From the NCBI RefSeq assembly GCF_008831285.2, contig NC_045138.2, forward strand, positions 7,316,001-7,380,000: a stretch of 64,000 bases of DNA. The letters are read 5' to 3'. Made by a program: the position numbers and the translations under genes. The notes under the pieces are model-generated. The model had not been told where the DNA came from. It did not search any database and saw nothing but the letters and a program-made list of their open reading frames with translations. This document shows, in pieces, positions 14,601-27,900 of this stretch; position 1 is the stretch's first letter, and the number at the start of each line of letters is the position of its first letter. The DNA is from Nymphaea colorata (lineage: Eukaryota).

Positions 14601-17600
14601 AACAAGTATCTAGATAATGAAAGATCCTTTTCATTAGAGCTTGGTTAAAATTGTCAAAAAGAGCTTGGTTTGGGATTTAAATTTTTATACCATTATGGGG
14701 TTTTAAATGTATTTGTTATGTCTATAAAATGTATATTTTTGTTTAGTTTATGGTTTAGTGCATTGTTTTAGGGGTTAGATTCATACTTAAAACAGCATTT
14801 CTAGAGACATTATATGTAAGAACTATGAAAGGAACATTGTCTTAATGATATGATGATATCATTTGTTTTTTTTCAAAATTTTCAATTTTTTAATTAAAAA
14901 TATATAATTATCGTTGTACCACCGTACCAAGATTGGCGAAAACGCCGTATACCCATACCAGCACCTGTACCTGTACCAATGTGACATAGAAAAGAATTGA
15001 TGACATGATGCACTTATACGCTTCGTCTTTGCACCACTGCGCTACACATTCCAAGTGCATTGCTTTCTACTTGGCTTAGCGTACGATTGGATCCCACATG
15101 CTTCCCGAGCTGGTTGTTAAAAATATTTCTAAAATATTAGAAAGTTAGAGAGGAGCTCTTTAAATATTTTCTTATAGTTGTTGGACCTTTTTTATAAAGT
15201 GTGTACCGCCAGCCTTAATCTCTTTTAAAGGATATTAGGGTTACGTTAATCAAAATTCTTTTGGCTCTTTCTCTCTCATCGTAACATGGTATTAGAGCCA
15301 GGTTCTGTGCCGACAGCTAAGTGAGTTTTTTCAGCGACCTCTTCCTCCAGTGATTCTCCGACGACCCCTTCTTTTAGTGATCTCTTCCTTCCTCCCTCTT
15401 CTCATCTCCCATCTCTACTCTTTCCTACCACCCAATAAGGAGACAGTAAGAGAATAGAAGTTGCGTGGGCTGTGTGGAGAAGGACCTGATCACGCCTATG
15501 TGGAAGGCGTGATCAGATCCTTGTTTATCAATCTCGTGGATGGTACTGCTGCTCTGATCAGATTTTGTGTTGACCATGGGGAGCAGAATATCCTATAGAT
15601 CGTGGATGTGAACTATGACTTATATAGATCGTGGATATGAAGTCTGAAAGTTGAAGTTTAATGATTTGTGGACTGCTGCTGATCGTAAGTATGAAATCTA
15701 TCATTTGATTGTATTGAGAATCTTGCCGTACATTGTGGACAGCCAGTCTTATGTGGTGTGGCTGTATTTAAGAATAGCAGCAGTCATTTGTTGATGGTGG
15801 AAGTAGTTGCTATCATTGGCAGATATGATTGAAGTTTAGAATTTACTGTCTATTGAAGATTTCTTGCCTGTGTTGCAGCCATTGGCTGCAACTATTATTT
15901 GAGTGTTTGCCTGTGTTTCTTCCTATTTTACTACCTGAATTTTAGTCTGTGTTGCTGCTTGTGTCTGCTGGAAATATTTAGAGTTTATGCCTGGGTTGCT
16001 GCCTGCTTTATTGAATTTCTGATCAGATGTTGGAGCTGTAAGAATTTTCAGATTCTCCTACGCTGCAGTGATTTTGATATTCCTCTATTATTTGCAGTCA
16101 GCTGGGTCCTCTTGATTTATTATGGCTGAAAACAGTAAATCAGAAAGTTCTACTGAATACAAGATGACTGGAAATTCATTCTCTTGTGGAACCACGATCA
16201 AATTGAATGGTTCAAACTATGAAATATGGCCTAGGGTGTTCATGATGTCTGTGGCTGGGCATAGGAAGAAATATGTTCTTGAGGAGGATGAACCTACTAA
16301 GAAAAAGGAAATACCACGATCAAATTGAATGGTTCAAACTATGAAATATGACCTAGGGTGTTCATGATGTCTGTGGCTGGGCATAGGAAGAAATATGTTC
16401 TTGAGGAGGATGGACCTACTAAGAAAAAGGGAATATATGCCGTGTGGGATGAATATATTATAATTATGAATAGTGTGGAGTCTCATATAGCCCCAACTAT
16501 TGCATATTATACCAAGGCCAATGATATGTGGTCTTTCTTGAGAAAGACATACTCGCATGCCACTAATGTAATTAAGATCCTACAATTGGAAGAAGAGTTA
16601 TGCAATATATAGCAAGGGGATCAGGATCTATCTCAGTATTTTGCTACTCTGACTGCTGCATATGAACGGTTAAAGGCTCTTCGTCCACCTTGCCTGCCTT
16701 GTTACGCATCACACTTTGAAACTAGTATGATAGCGAAGTTTCTATCTGGCTTATCTCCAGAATACTCTGTGGCAAAATCTCAAATTCTCACAGGCAGTGA
16801 TCTTTCAGATCTAGCAAACACGTATAATAGACTGAGTCGTCTTGCAATCACTCTTTCTCAGAATACGCAAGACACACCAGTCTCTGCACTTGTGATGTCT
16901 GGAGGACGGGTCCCTAGTTCTTTTGGTGGCAGTAGGGAACGTGGTACAGGTCGTGGTGCAAGATGCGGCAGATTTCAATGCTCTTATTGTGGCAAAATTG
17001 GTCATCTAGAGGATCGTTGTTGGGACAAGCATCCTCACCTCCGTTCTAGCGTTTCCTCTGGACGTGGTGGAGGTAGAATCACCACAGGGAAAGGTCCCTC
17101 TTCATCCCAAGCAGCTCATTCAAAGACAACAATATCTATGGTTGAGTCCTCTACTTATCCTTCTATATCTATGTCATATTCCCTTAACTTAAGTAAGGAT
17201 GAATATGATTGATTTCTTGCTCAGAGGTCTGCATCTGCCAATGCTACTGTTATAGATTCAGCATTCTCTATTGGTGCTCCTACTGATGATCTAGCATCTA
17301 GGTATGACATGGATGATAGATTCTGGCGCTTCTAGACATTGTTGTAATCAACCACAGAATTTTTCATCCTTTGTCAGATTCTCTATACCACAGTATGTCA
17401 GGCTGGCTGATGGCAAGTTGTCCCCTGTTTTAGGCAGCGGTAATATCTACCTTCCACATTTAGGCACTATTACACGTGTGTTATATGCTCCTCAGTTTCC
17501 TGTTAACTTGTTATCTGTTAAGCAGCTAGCTATTGACTTACAGTGTAAAGTCATTTTTGACCCTGGCTCTTGTTCTTTTCAGGACTTACCAATTGGGAAG

Positions 17601-18866
17601 ATGATTGGTGGCGGCCATGAATGTGAGAGACTTTATTTTCTGTCGATCCCAGTTGATGTTGTTGCATCTTCAGTCCCTTCAAAGCCTTCTCCTTTCCAAT
17701 GGCATCTTAGACTAGGTCATCCGTCAGTACCAAAACTTCGTCGCATGTTTCCAGATATTCCTGTATCAGAGTCCTTCTTATGTGATGCTTGTCAGTTGGG
17801 AAAGCATACACGAAGCAACTTTCCTTTTCGGTCATGTTTTCGATATTATCTTGTTTTAGTTGATGATTTTACTAGAGTCAGTTGGGTTTTCTTGTTAATG
17901 GAAAGATCTGAAGTCATATGTATTCTTCAGAAATTTGTCAAGGAAATAAAAACTCAGTTTGGTCTCATTGTCAAAAATATTTGCACTGATAATGCTCTTG
18001 AATTCAAGTCTTCCATTCTACTTCAGTTTTATGCCAATCATGGAATCTGCCCTCAATATACTTGTCCGCATACGTCCCAACAAAATGGTGTAGCCGAAGG
18101 CAAACATTGACAACTCCTAAATGTGGCTCGATCTAGTGTTGAGTCAGAATATAGGGCTATGGCTCAAAGCCTCAAACTGTGGCTGGAATGTCGTGGGTTA
18201 GATCAATACTTTTAGAGTTGGGCGTTTCAGTGAATCTCCCAATGAAGATGTATTGTGACAACAAGGCAGCTACATATATTGCTAACAATTCTGTCTTCAA
18301 TGAGAGGACTAAACACATTGAAGTGGATTGCCACTATGTTCGGGACCTAGTTCAAGAAGGAATTGTTAGCACTATCATGTCTCCTCAGAAGATCAAGTAG
18401 TTGATATCCTCACCAAGGCTTTTCCCATAGGCGATTTTCTGACATGTTGTAACAAGCTGAGCATGATTGAAGTTACGCTCCAGCTTGAGAGGGAGTGTTA
18501 AAGAGTATTTCTGAAATATTAGAAAGTTAGAGGGAGGCCGCGTACCCGCTTCGATACTCCGACACGTGGACACGACAGGATACGTTTTGGATCGGGTCTG
18601 GGCTAGACCCGATCCAAACCACTTTTCTAACCTGACATTCTTTAACCCTCGACTTTCTTTAGGACGGCCCTCGACTTTTTCACGCTTGACCTTTACACCG
18701 GTAACGACTGCTGCAACAGAGTTCGGCAACATTGGCGGGCGATGGAGACGAGGTCTGGCAATCCACGCCGACATCTTGTGGTGTCCGGCGGCAGTGGGCG
18801 ACAGACAGGTAAGTGGTTTTTTTTTTCTTTTCGATATTAGAAGTTAGGGTTTCATGTTCTTCATTT

Positions 18867-18905
<39 letters not shown>

Positions 18906-21900
18906 TCTTGGATTTGCCAATTCGGGGATGTTTTTGTTTGAAGATTGGACGGTTAATCCGTCGATCTTGATCCTTAACTCTTCTTCAATGTTATGTCCTA
19001 TATGTTCTTTTTTTGATTTGCCGATTTGGAGATTTTGTTGTTTAGCCTTACTCGTGGAATAGCAGTTTTGTTCTTGAACAATAGTGAGTGACTGAGTGTG
19101 CTTGTAACAGTTCTGTTCTTCGTTGCGCTTCTCATTGTATGATCATTGTTTTATTTCTTCAATTTTATGTTCATTATATGTTTTTTGCATCTTTTTATTA
19201 TTTTTAATGTAGTATGGCGAACAAAGGAAAGGGAGTCTCTCAACCTACAAGTTCAAGTTGTGGTTCTGGATCAGCTACGTCTATTGCACAGCCACCATTA
19301 TGGTCATACGTGAAAGTAATAGGGAAACCTCCTGGACGTGGTGGAAATGTTGTTTTTCGTTGTACTTTTTGTGGGGGAGAGTTCAATGGATCATATACGA
19401 GAGTGAAAGCGCATCTGTTAAAAATCAAGAGAATGGGAATTCAACCATGTAAAGATATCACTAACAAGAGTTTGGATCAGTTGAAGAAAGAACAACAAGC
19501 CTTTGAGAATAAGAAAAGCACGACATCATCCGGATTTAGTTACATTGACATTGCTTCAATTTTACATGATGATGTTTAGGATGGTCCAAAAAAAAGAAAA
19601 GTTGTTGATGTTAATCAAAAATCAATTAAGGATTCATTTAGTTTACAAGGACGGTGAGAATTAGATCTAAAAGTGGCGACATTTTTTTATGCTAATTGCA
19701 TACCATTTAATGTAGCTAGAAGTCCATATTAGAGATATTTAGTTACTTCTATTGCAAATTGTAACTTGACTGGGATGTTCCCTCTAGTTCTGAAAGGCTT
19801 CACACTGTACTACTATTACAACAAAAGACTCGAGTGAACAAATTGTTAGAGTATCAAAAGTTAACTTGGGAGCGACACAGAGTTTCTATTGTTTCTGATG
19901 GCTAGACAGATTTGCAAAGGCACCCTCTTATTAATTTCATTGCAACTTCAACAAATGGGCCAATTTTCTTGAAAGCAATAGATGCATCTGGTGAATACAA
20001 AAGTGCTGAGTATTTGCAAGGATTGTTCATGGAAATAATTGAAGAAGTGGGGAAAGATAAAGTTGTTCAACGAATTACAGACAATGCACCTGTATGCAGA
20101 GCAGTTGGAATTGCGATAGAACATGATTACTCTCATATCTTTTGGACCCCTTGTGCAGTCCATAGCTTAAATTTGGCTCTAAAGAGTATATGCAATGCAC
20201 CAAGTAAAGAGCAAGATTCTCATGCTTATGAATTATGTTCATGGATTGAAGTCTTGGAAAAGGATGTGAGGAACATCAGAAATTTCATAGTAAATCATCA
20301 ACATGCACTTTTCATTTATAACAAGCATTCTGATCTAAAATTGTTAAGAGTTGCAGAGACACGTTTTGCATCTTTAATTGTTATGGTCAAAAGGATAAAA
20401 AGGGTTAAAAGTGCATTGATAAGTATGGTGACTGATGATGATTGGAATTTCTATCGTGCTGATGATGATGACAAAGCTCAAGCAATCAAAAGACTGATTC
20501 TTGAAGACAAGTGGTGGGATAAAATCTTTTATTTTATTGCATTCACAGAGCCTATTTGGGAGATGTTGAGAGTTCTTGATTGTAATAATTCAACGTTGCA
20601 TTGTGTTTATGAGATGTGGGACACGATGGTTGAAAAAATCCAAGAGGCCTTTTTTAAGCATGAGAAAAAAAATATTGCACTTGAAGTTTCAACATTTTTT
20701 TATCATGTGCATAAAATATTGATTGCAAGATGGGATAAAAGTAGCAATCCTCTTCAATGCATGGCACATTCATTGAATCCTAAATATTATGGACAAAAGT
20801 GGCTTGCACAAGGTATTGGAAGAACCCCACCACATATGGATCCTAAATTATCAAAAAACAGATTGGCATGTCTTAATAAGATTTTTATTGATGTACGTCA
20901 AAATCGTGCAGTTCATGATGAGTTTGCAAGGTTTTCTACAGAAATTGGAGAAGATGTATGTGCAACTGTAGATAAAGATGATTATTCGTCTATATCTTGG
21001 TGGATTAAACATAGACATGCTTATCCTACTCTTCAATACCTTGCTTTCAGATTGCTAGTTCAACCTGCTATATCTTCATGCTGAAAATCTGGTTTATGTG
21101 CATTCTAACCTTCGACTTCTATCACGGAACAAAGAAGAATATAGGTAAATTAAGTATATGATTTATTGATTAAGATGTTTTTCTTCTTATTCTATAATAT
21201 CATAATAATTACAATTTTTTTTGTAGGGAAGGAGAAACTAAAAATTGGGACGTGAATGTTGAGGACTTTAACTTAGAACAAGACAATGAACTTGAAGCTA
21301 TTAATTCAAGATTCGAAGAATCTTCTATTCCATCAACATCTTCTATTGTGGAAGAAGAGGAGAACGATTTGGGCAGTGACAATGACTAGAATGATGATGA
21401 ACAATGTTTTGTGACAAAGACTGTTTTGTTTGAGACTTTCTTTCTTATGAGATTGTAAGAGTGAATTACTAATTTAATGTTTTTTTATTTTATTATTTTT
21501 AATTTTTTAGAATATAAAATTCGCCGTGTCCGCGTATCCAAAAAATTTGAAAATTGCCGTGTCCTCGTACCCGTATCCATATCGTACCCGCACCCATGTG
21601 ACATAGCTTTTAAAGGAGATTAGGGCTACGTTAATCAAAATTCTTTTGGCTCTTTCTCTCTCACTGGTCAAGCAACATCCCATATTGCTAGCTTGGCGGG
21701 GCCAGACATAATCGGTCTGCAACAAATACAGTGATTAGCTTAAATATTAACAAATAATTTTAAGTTTTCACATGTCATGATGGGTAGCTTGGGTTGGAGT
21801 TCATAAGAACAGGCAATAGGGCATTAATGCTGTTGAATTAGAAGAGTTTATGTTTCTAGGTGGTTCTTTGCAATATTTAATAGTTAGGAGGTCTCTTTAA

Positions 21901-24900
21901 ACAGTCATCTATTTTCTGTTGATGTCTTTGTAAATCTCTCTTCAACCCTAATCTCTTTATTATGGAGATTATGGTTAGTGAATGAAGTTACGTTTTCTCT
22001 CTCAAAGGCTGCCTGCTGTAACATGGTATCAGAGCCCGCGATCTCCACCCTTCTCCGCCGGCGGCTGTCGTGATTTTCCGGCGACCCCTTCTCCTCTTCC
22101 TCTCCCATCTCTTCCCACTTCTTCTCTTCCTCTATCCTTCCTTTCTCTCTTCTCTCTGCTGATCGAAAGATAGTGAAGCAACGTGAAAGGGGAACCTAAT
22201 CACATGTGAAAGGTATTTGTGATTAGGTCCTCAACGTGGATGTAGTGGAGTGTAAGCAACTGCGTGGGAGTTGCAGTGGAAAGTTGTAAGTCAGATCTAG
22301 CTTCGTGGATGAATAGCAGCACATGGACTCCATTATTATTCAGATCTAGGCTCATGGGAAGCGTAGCTGCATGTGGATTCAGTTCAGATCTGGGCTCGTG
22401 GAAGATTAAATGCACTTGGACCATATTCTTATCATCTTTTTGATGACTGTGGAAAAGTGGCTACAAGTGGAGTAGTTGCACATTGGGTATATCTTTTTAT
22501 CATATTGAATGTCTGTTCTATAATCTGGTGGACTGATTGGTGGACTGTTTTGAACAGCAAGTTCATATATTCCTGTTCATTTATTGATTGTTGTGATTGG
22601 TGGACTGATTTGAACAACAATGTTTTTTTTATATGCATATGTCTGGTGGCCTATTTTGAACAAGAAGTTCGTATATTCTTGTTCATTTATTGATTGCTGT
22701 GATTGGTGGACTGATTTACTGAGTAGCAAGTTCACAGAAATTCTTTTTAAGGACTGCTTTTGGTGCAAGAAAATATATATATATATCTCTATCTGCTGCC
22801 TAAGTTTTCTCAAGTTGATTGTTGCATGCTATACTCTTGATTGTATCATAGTGCAACCAGATTAAGATCACATTGTCAAGTCATGCACTATGGCCGCTGA
22901 AGGCAAGACAGAGACACAATATGAGCATAAGAACACAGGCAATTTCTTTTTTTATGGCTCTACTGTAAAGTTAGATGCTCTTAAGTTGGAAGACAGATGT
23001 TGGGATAAGCTTGGTCGTCCTTCCGCTATACCCCTAGGAAAAGGTGATGCATCTAAGCAGGGCAAGAATTCATTACAGTCTCCTATTGGATCTATCCAAG
23101 CAGCTTCATCAGTAGTAAAGGGGTCTTTACCTTCTTTCAATCCTGAGATTGTGACTGTGAGTATCAACAAGTCAGAGTATGAGGAGTTCTTAGCACACAG
23201 ATCTACTCAACCATTAGCCTCTACAGTTATGATAGACAGTGCTATGTCCGTTGATACTGCTCCACATGATACATGTACTACTTGGATTATTGATTCAGGA
23301 GCATCAAGACACTTTTGTAGTAGGCTTTCTATGTTTATCGTGCTACACTCATTACCTCAGACACGTCATGTGAGACTTGCAGATGGTAGATGGTCTCCTA
23401 TTATGGGTTATGGAGATATTAAGATTTCTCAGTCTATGACAATTCCTAATGTGTTATATGCTCCTAAATTTCCCACTAATCTTTTATCAGTTGGACAATT
23501 GATTAATGATTTACATTGTCGTGTTACATTTGACTCTAGTGTATGTTCATTTCAAGACTTGCAAACTGGGAAGACGATTGGTGGAGGCTATGAGAAAGGG
23601 GGCATCTACTTCCTGTCTGATTCTGTGGGTATTGCAGTCGTCTCGACTTCTTCATTGTCCTCCTCCTTCCACTGGCATCTCAGACTTGGTCATCCATCTG
23701 TCTCCAAGCTCCGTCACCTACTTCCTCATCTATCAATTTCAGAGTCGTTCCAGTGTGAGACCTGTCAACTTGGCAAGCACACCCGTAGCAGTTATTCATG
23801 AGTCTTAGTCCGTCCAGTTGTGGACTATTTGATCTTTTTCATGTTGATGTGTGAGGTCCTAGCTGAGTTGCTAGTAGGTCTAGATTTCGTTATTTCCTCG
23901 TCATTGTTGATGATTATTTTCGAGTCACTTGGGTTTTTCTTTTGAAAGAAATGTCTGAGGTCATATGTATTCTCAAGAACCTTATGCTTGAAATAAAGAC
24001 CCAGTTTGGTATTCTTGTTAAAAACGTTCGTACTGATAATGCTCTTTAGTTCAAGACATCTATCTTAACGAAAGGCATCTATCTTAATGAAATTTTACTC
24101 TGATAATGACATTTCTCCTCAGTTTACTTGTCTCCATACCTCCCAACAAAATGGACTAGCTGAGCGGAAACATCGCCAACTTTTAAATGTGGCACGCTCC
24201 CTAATGCTTCATACTAATCTACCTGCATATTTTTTGGGAGATGCCATCCTCACTGCCTGTTACTTGACCAACCGTTTACCCTCATCTTCCATTGACAACA
24301 AGGTTTCCATTAAACTTGTGTACCCACAACGATCTTTGTTTCCAGTAGCTCCCAAAGTATTTGGTTGCACATGCTTCGTTCACATACTTGGACCCACACG
24401 TGATAAATTAGGTGCCCAAGCCATTAAGTGTATTTTTATTTGCTACTCCAGAAATCATAAAGGTTACAAAGGCTTTGACCCCTTGACTCAAAAGGAGTAT
24501 ATCAGTGTGGATGTGACATTCTTTGAGTCTCAACCTTATTATAGTTCCTCACCTACCTCTACTGAGATGCCATTGTCATCTTACCCACTATCTATTCCTC
24601 CTATTCCTTTGGAGTCATTCCCCTACGAGTCTCCTTCTGGGGATTCTCCCGTTGTAGTGTTCAAGTTTCGTGATCATCCGCTGGTCTACACACGTCAACA
24701 AGACCCTTCTCATGATCCTTCCCCAACCGCTTTTCAGGAGGTAAGTACATCTGAAGTGAGTATACCTAGTCCATCTTATCTCTGTCTGGACTTACCTATT
24801 GCTCTTCGTAAAGGCAAGCGACAATGTACTCTGCATCCTATATATCATTTTGTTTCTACTGACAGTGTTGGTAAAAGTATGCAACAGTTTATTCAAGCTC

Positions 24901-27900
24901 TGGCGGCCCATGCAGTTCCTACTTGTCACCAACATGCCTTATTAGATACCCAATGGAGACAAGCTATGCAAGAAGAGATGGATGCATTAGTTTAGCGAGA
25001 CACTTGGGAACTTGTTGATCCTCCTCCTGGTTGTGACATTGTTGGCTCCAAGTGGGTATTCACAGTGAAATATAATTCTGATGGTTCTATGGAAAGATAC
25101 AAAGCTCGGTTGGTTGCTAAGGGCTACACGCAGACTTACGGGATTGATTTCTTCGAGACTTTCTCTCCTGTTACTCGGTTGGGGACCATTCGTCTTATCA
25201 TCTCTGTGGCTGTACACCATAACTGGCACATGTATCAGCTTGATGTCAAAAATGCTTTTTTGTATGGTGATCTCGATGAGACTGTCTATATGCAACAACC
25301 ACCAGGGTTTGAACGACAGGGGGAGTGTGGAAAAGTGTGCAAACTGAAGAAAGCTATGGACTCAAGCAGAGTCCTTGTGCTTGATTTCACAAGTTCTTTG
25401 AGGTAGTCTCAAACTATGGCTTCGCGAGATCCCCTCTTGATCATTCTCTGTTTATCAAGAAGAATTCCAGGGGTATGACCGTTCTAGTGGTTTATGTTGA
25501 TGATATTTGTTGATAGATTGTGTGTTGCGGGTCCGGATCCATACCCGACCCGCCTTGTAGCCCGTTTTGGGCTCTACTTAAGTCATGTAACCCTAATCCT
25601 TAAGTGTTAATGATAATCTTTAGAGAGAGAGAGTCTGGCTGCTAGTGGGCACCAATTCCTCCTCATTCGTGGTTTTTTCTCCCTTGTGTTGAGGGTTTTC
25701 CACGTTACATCGTGATCATTGTTTCTCTTCGTCTTCTTCTTTTCGTATTTCTACATGGTATCAGAGCCGTGAAGTTCCGGCGTTTCTGGTTTGTCCTTTG
25801 CCCGTGTTGGAGGAGGATTCGCCTGGCGCTGTTCATCGCCCGTGCCCGACGCTCGTGCCCGAGCTTCGCCCGACGCCTCGTCTGTCGCCGTCTCCGCCCA
25901 GCGCCGCCCTGATCAGCGCCGCTCAGGATTCCGCCGTCTCCGCCTAGCGACGACCGGCCCAGCGACACCCTGATCAACGCCGTTCCTATTCAGCCGCTTC
26001 CGCCCAGCGTCGGCCTGCCCAGCGACGCCTTGTCCAGCGGCGTTCCTCTCTGTCAACCGACGCATCGCCCACCACCGTGCCTTTTTTCCGGCGTCGCGCC
26101 GCTCTGCCTGGTTCCGGCGGTTTATTTCCGCCCAGCGCCGCGCCGCTCTGCCAGGTTCCGGCGGTCTGCTTCCGCCGTTGTGCCGCTCTGCCAGGTTCCG
26201 GCGGTCTGTTTCCGCCCAGCATCGCGTCGCTCTGCCTCGTTTTTTCTCCGACGCTGCTTCTCTGTTGCTGTCTCTTCCGCCGGTGAGGTTTAGGCGTTCT
26301 CCGTTTTGTCCGTTGCCTGCTCTCTGCCTTTTTTGGTGTTGTATTGTGTTGTTGCTCCCTGCTGCCTACTAGGCTTCTCCCGTAGCTAGACTGGTCTGTG
26401 ATTATGGCAGCCTCTTCCTCGTCAACCGTCAACACCAATCCCACTGAAATAGGGGTTTTTAGAACTGAGAATGTTCCCATGCAGGTCATCACTCTTCGCC
26501 TCACCAAGGAGAATTATTTCTCGTGGTCGCCTGCTATGACTATGGGGATTGCTGGCCGTGGTCGCATGGCCTATATTGATGGGAGCAACCCCGAACCAGC
26601 AAGAACAAGTGATGTGTGGCATACTTGGTTTCTTGAGGACAATCAAGTGAAAACTTGGATTGTCAATTCCGTTTCCGCCGATATTCAGCCCCTTATCCTT
26701 CGGAAGAAGACTGCTAGAGACATGTGGGTGGTCCTCGAGCAAATGTATGGCCAAAAGAAGACCGCAATTCGTACTTACCAAGTAATGAAGACAGTCTATG
26801 GCATTCGACAAGGGAACTCGTCTGTTGCAGAGTACTATGGGGCTTTGAAAGCCAAGTGGGAAGAGCTTGACTATCATTCTGATATTCCTTGGCATTGTCC
26901 CCATGATCAGGCGCTCTATGTTGCTCATGAATGGGAAAACAGGGTGTTCCTATTTTTAACAGGTTTAAATGATGAGTTTGAAGGTGTTCGAAGCCAGATT
27001 CTGAATTCAGGGGAGGTGTCCAGTATTGAAGATGTGTACTCCTGTATTGAAGCGGAAGAACAGAGGAGGCTTGTTACAAAAGACGGGAAGAAGGAACTTG
27101 TGCCCTATAACGAGAGATCCGCTCTCGTGAGTCGTGGTCCTGGCGGCCCGTCTAGATCCCTTCGCCGGTGCACTCACTGCAAGAAGACAGGTCACACCGT
27201 GGATTATTGTTGGGATCTTCATCCAGAAAAGAAGGGAAACAAAGGGAGATCTTCGATTGGGAGAACGCCTGTGTCTGAGGTGCAAGCATCCAGTGGAGAA
27301 AAAGTCTCCATTTCTGCTGACCAGCTTCGTGAACTAAGGGCTTATTTGGGCAGGATCGATGTCAACAAGATTGAAACCTCAGAGGGAACTACAGCTAATC
27401 ATGCTCTCGCGGTTATTGGTAATCAAGGTAACTCTTCTGTGGGGGAATGGATTGTCGATAGTGGTGCTACTCATCACATGACAGGTAATCCAAAATTGTT
27501 TCATGAGTATAAGTTGTCCTCGGGAAAGGAACGTGTTTCTCTTGCAGATGGTTCCTCTACCTGTGTGGCAGGCGAAGGCACTCTGTCCTTGTTGGACAAA
27601 TTTCATGTGCAGGGCGCTTTACATGTTCCCCAGTTTCCTTTAAATCTCTTATCAGTCAGTAGACTTACTAAAGAATTGAATTGTGAACTTATATTCTCTG
27701 CCGATCGTTGTGTTTTGCAGGACTTGGTGACAGGGAAGAGGATTGGGATTGGTTTAGCTTCTGATGGATTATATCGTCTTCCCATACGTGTGGCTACTGC
27801 TCTGTTGACAGCGATCCGCAAGACTAAGAGAAGAGAAGATTGTCTTCAGTCTTTTATGTATTGGCATGAACGTTTTGGGCATTTACCTTTTGGGATTTTG

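Larger units (their letters stand above)
15115..21663 (+). mobile_element. Copia-1: degenerate Ty1/copia LTR retrotransposon, RT deleted, 3' LTR interrupted by hAT
   Basis: TSD CTGGT (15110-14 / 21664-68). 5' LTR 15115-15286 followed by tRNA-Met PBS TGGTATTAGAGCC. Gag zinc knuckle [14 protein letters not shown], protease [11 protein letters not shown]-pre-integrase WHLRLGH, partial integrase, RNase H tail. PPT at 18485-18495. 3' LTR 18496-~18538 plus ~21607-21663. Confidence 0.92.

Noticed and set aside
25705..26507. Arg/Pro-rich ORFs and short direct repeats (CRISPR-like look)
   Set aside because: GC-rich tandem repeats of the Copia-3 leader; no unique spacers, eukaryotic context.
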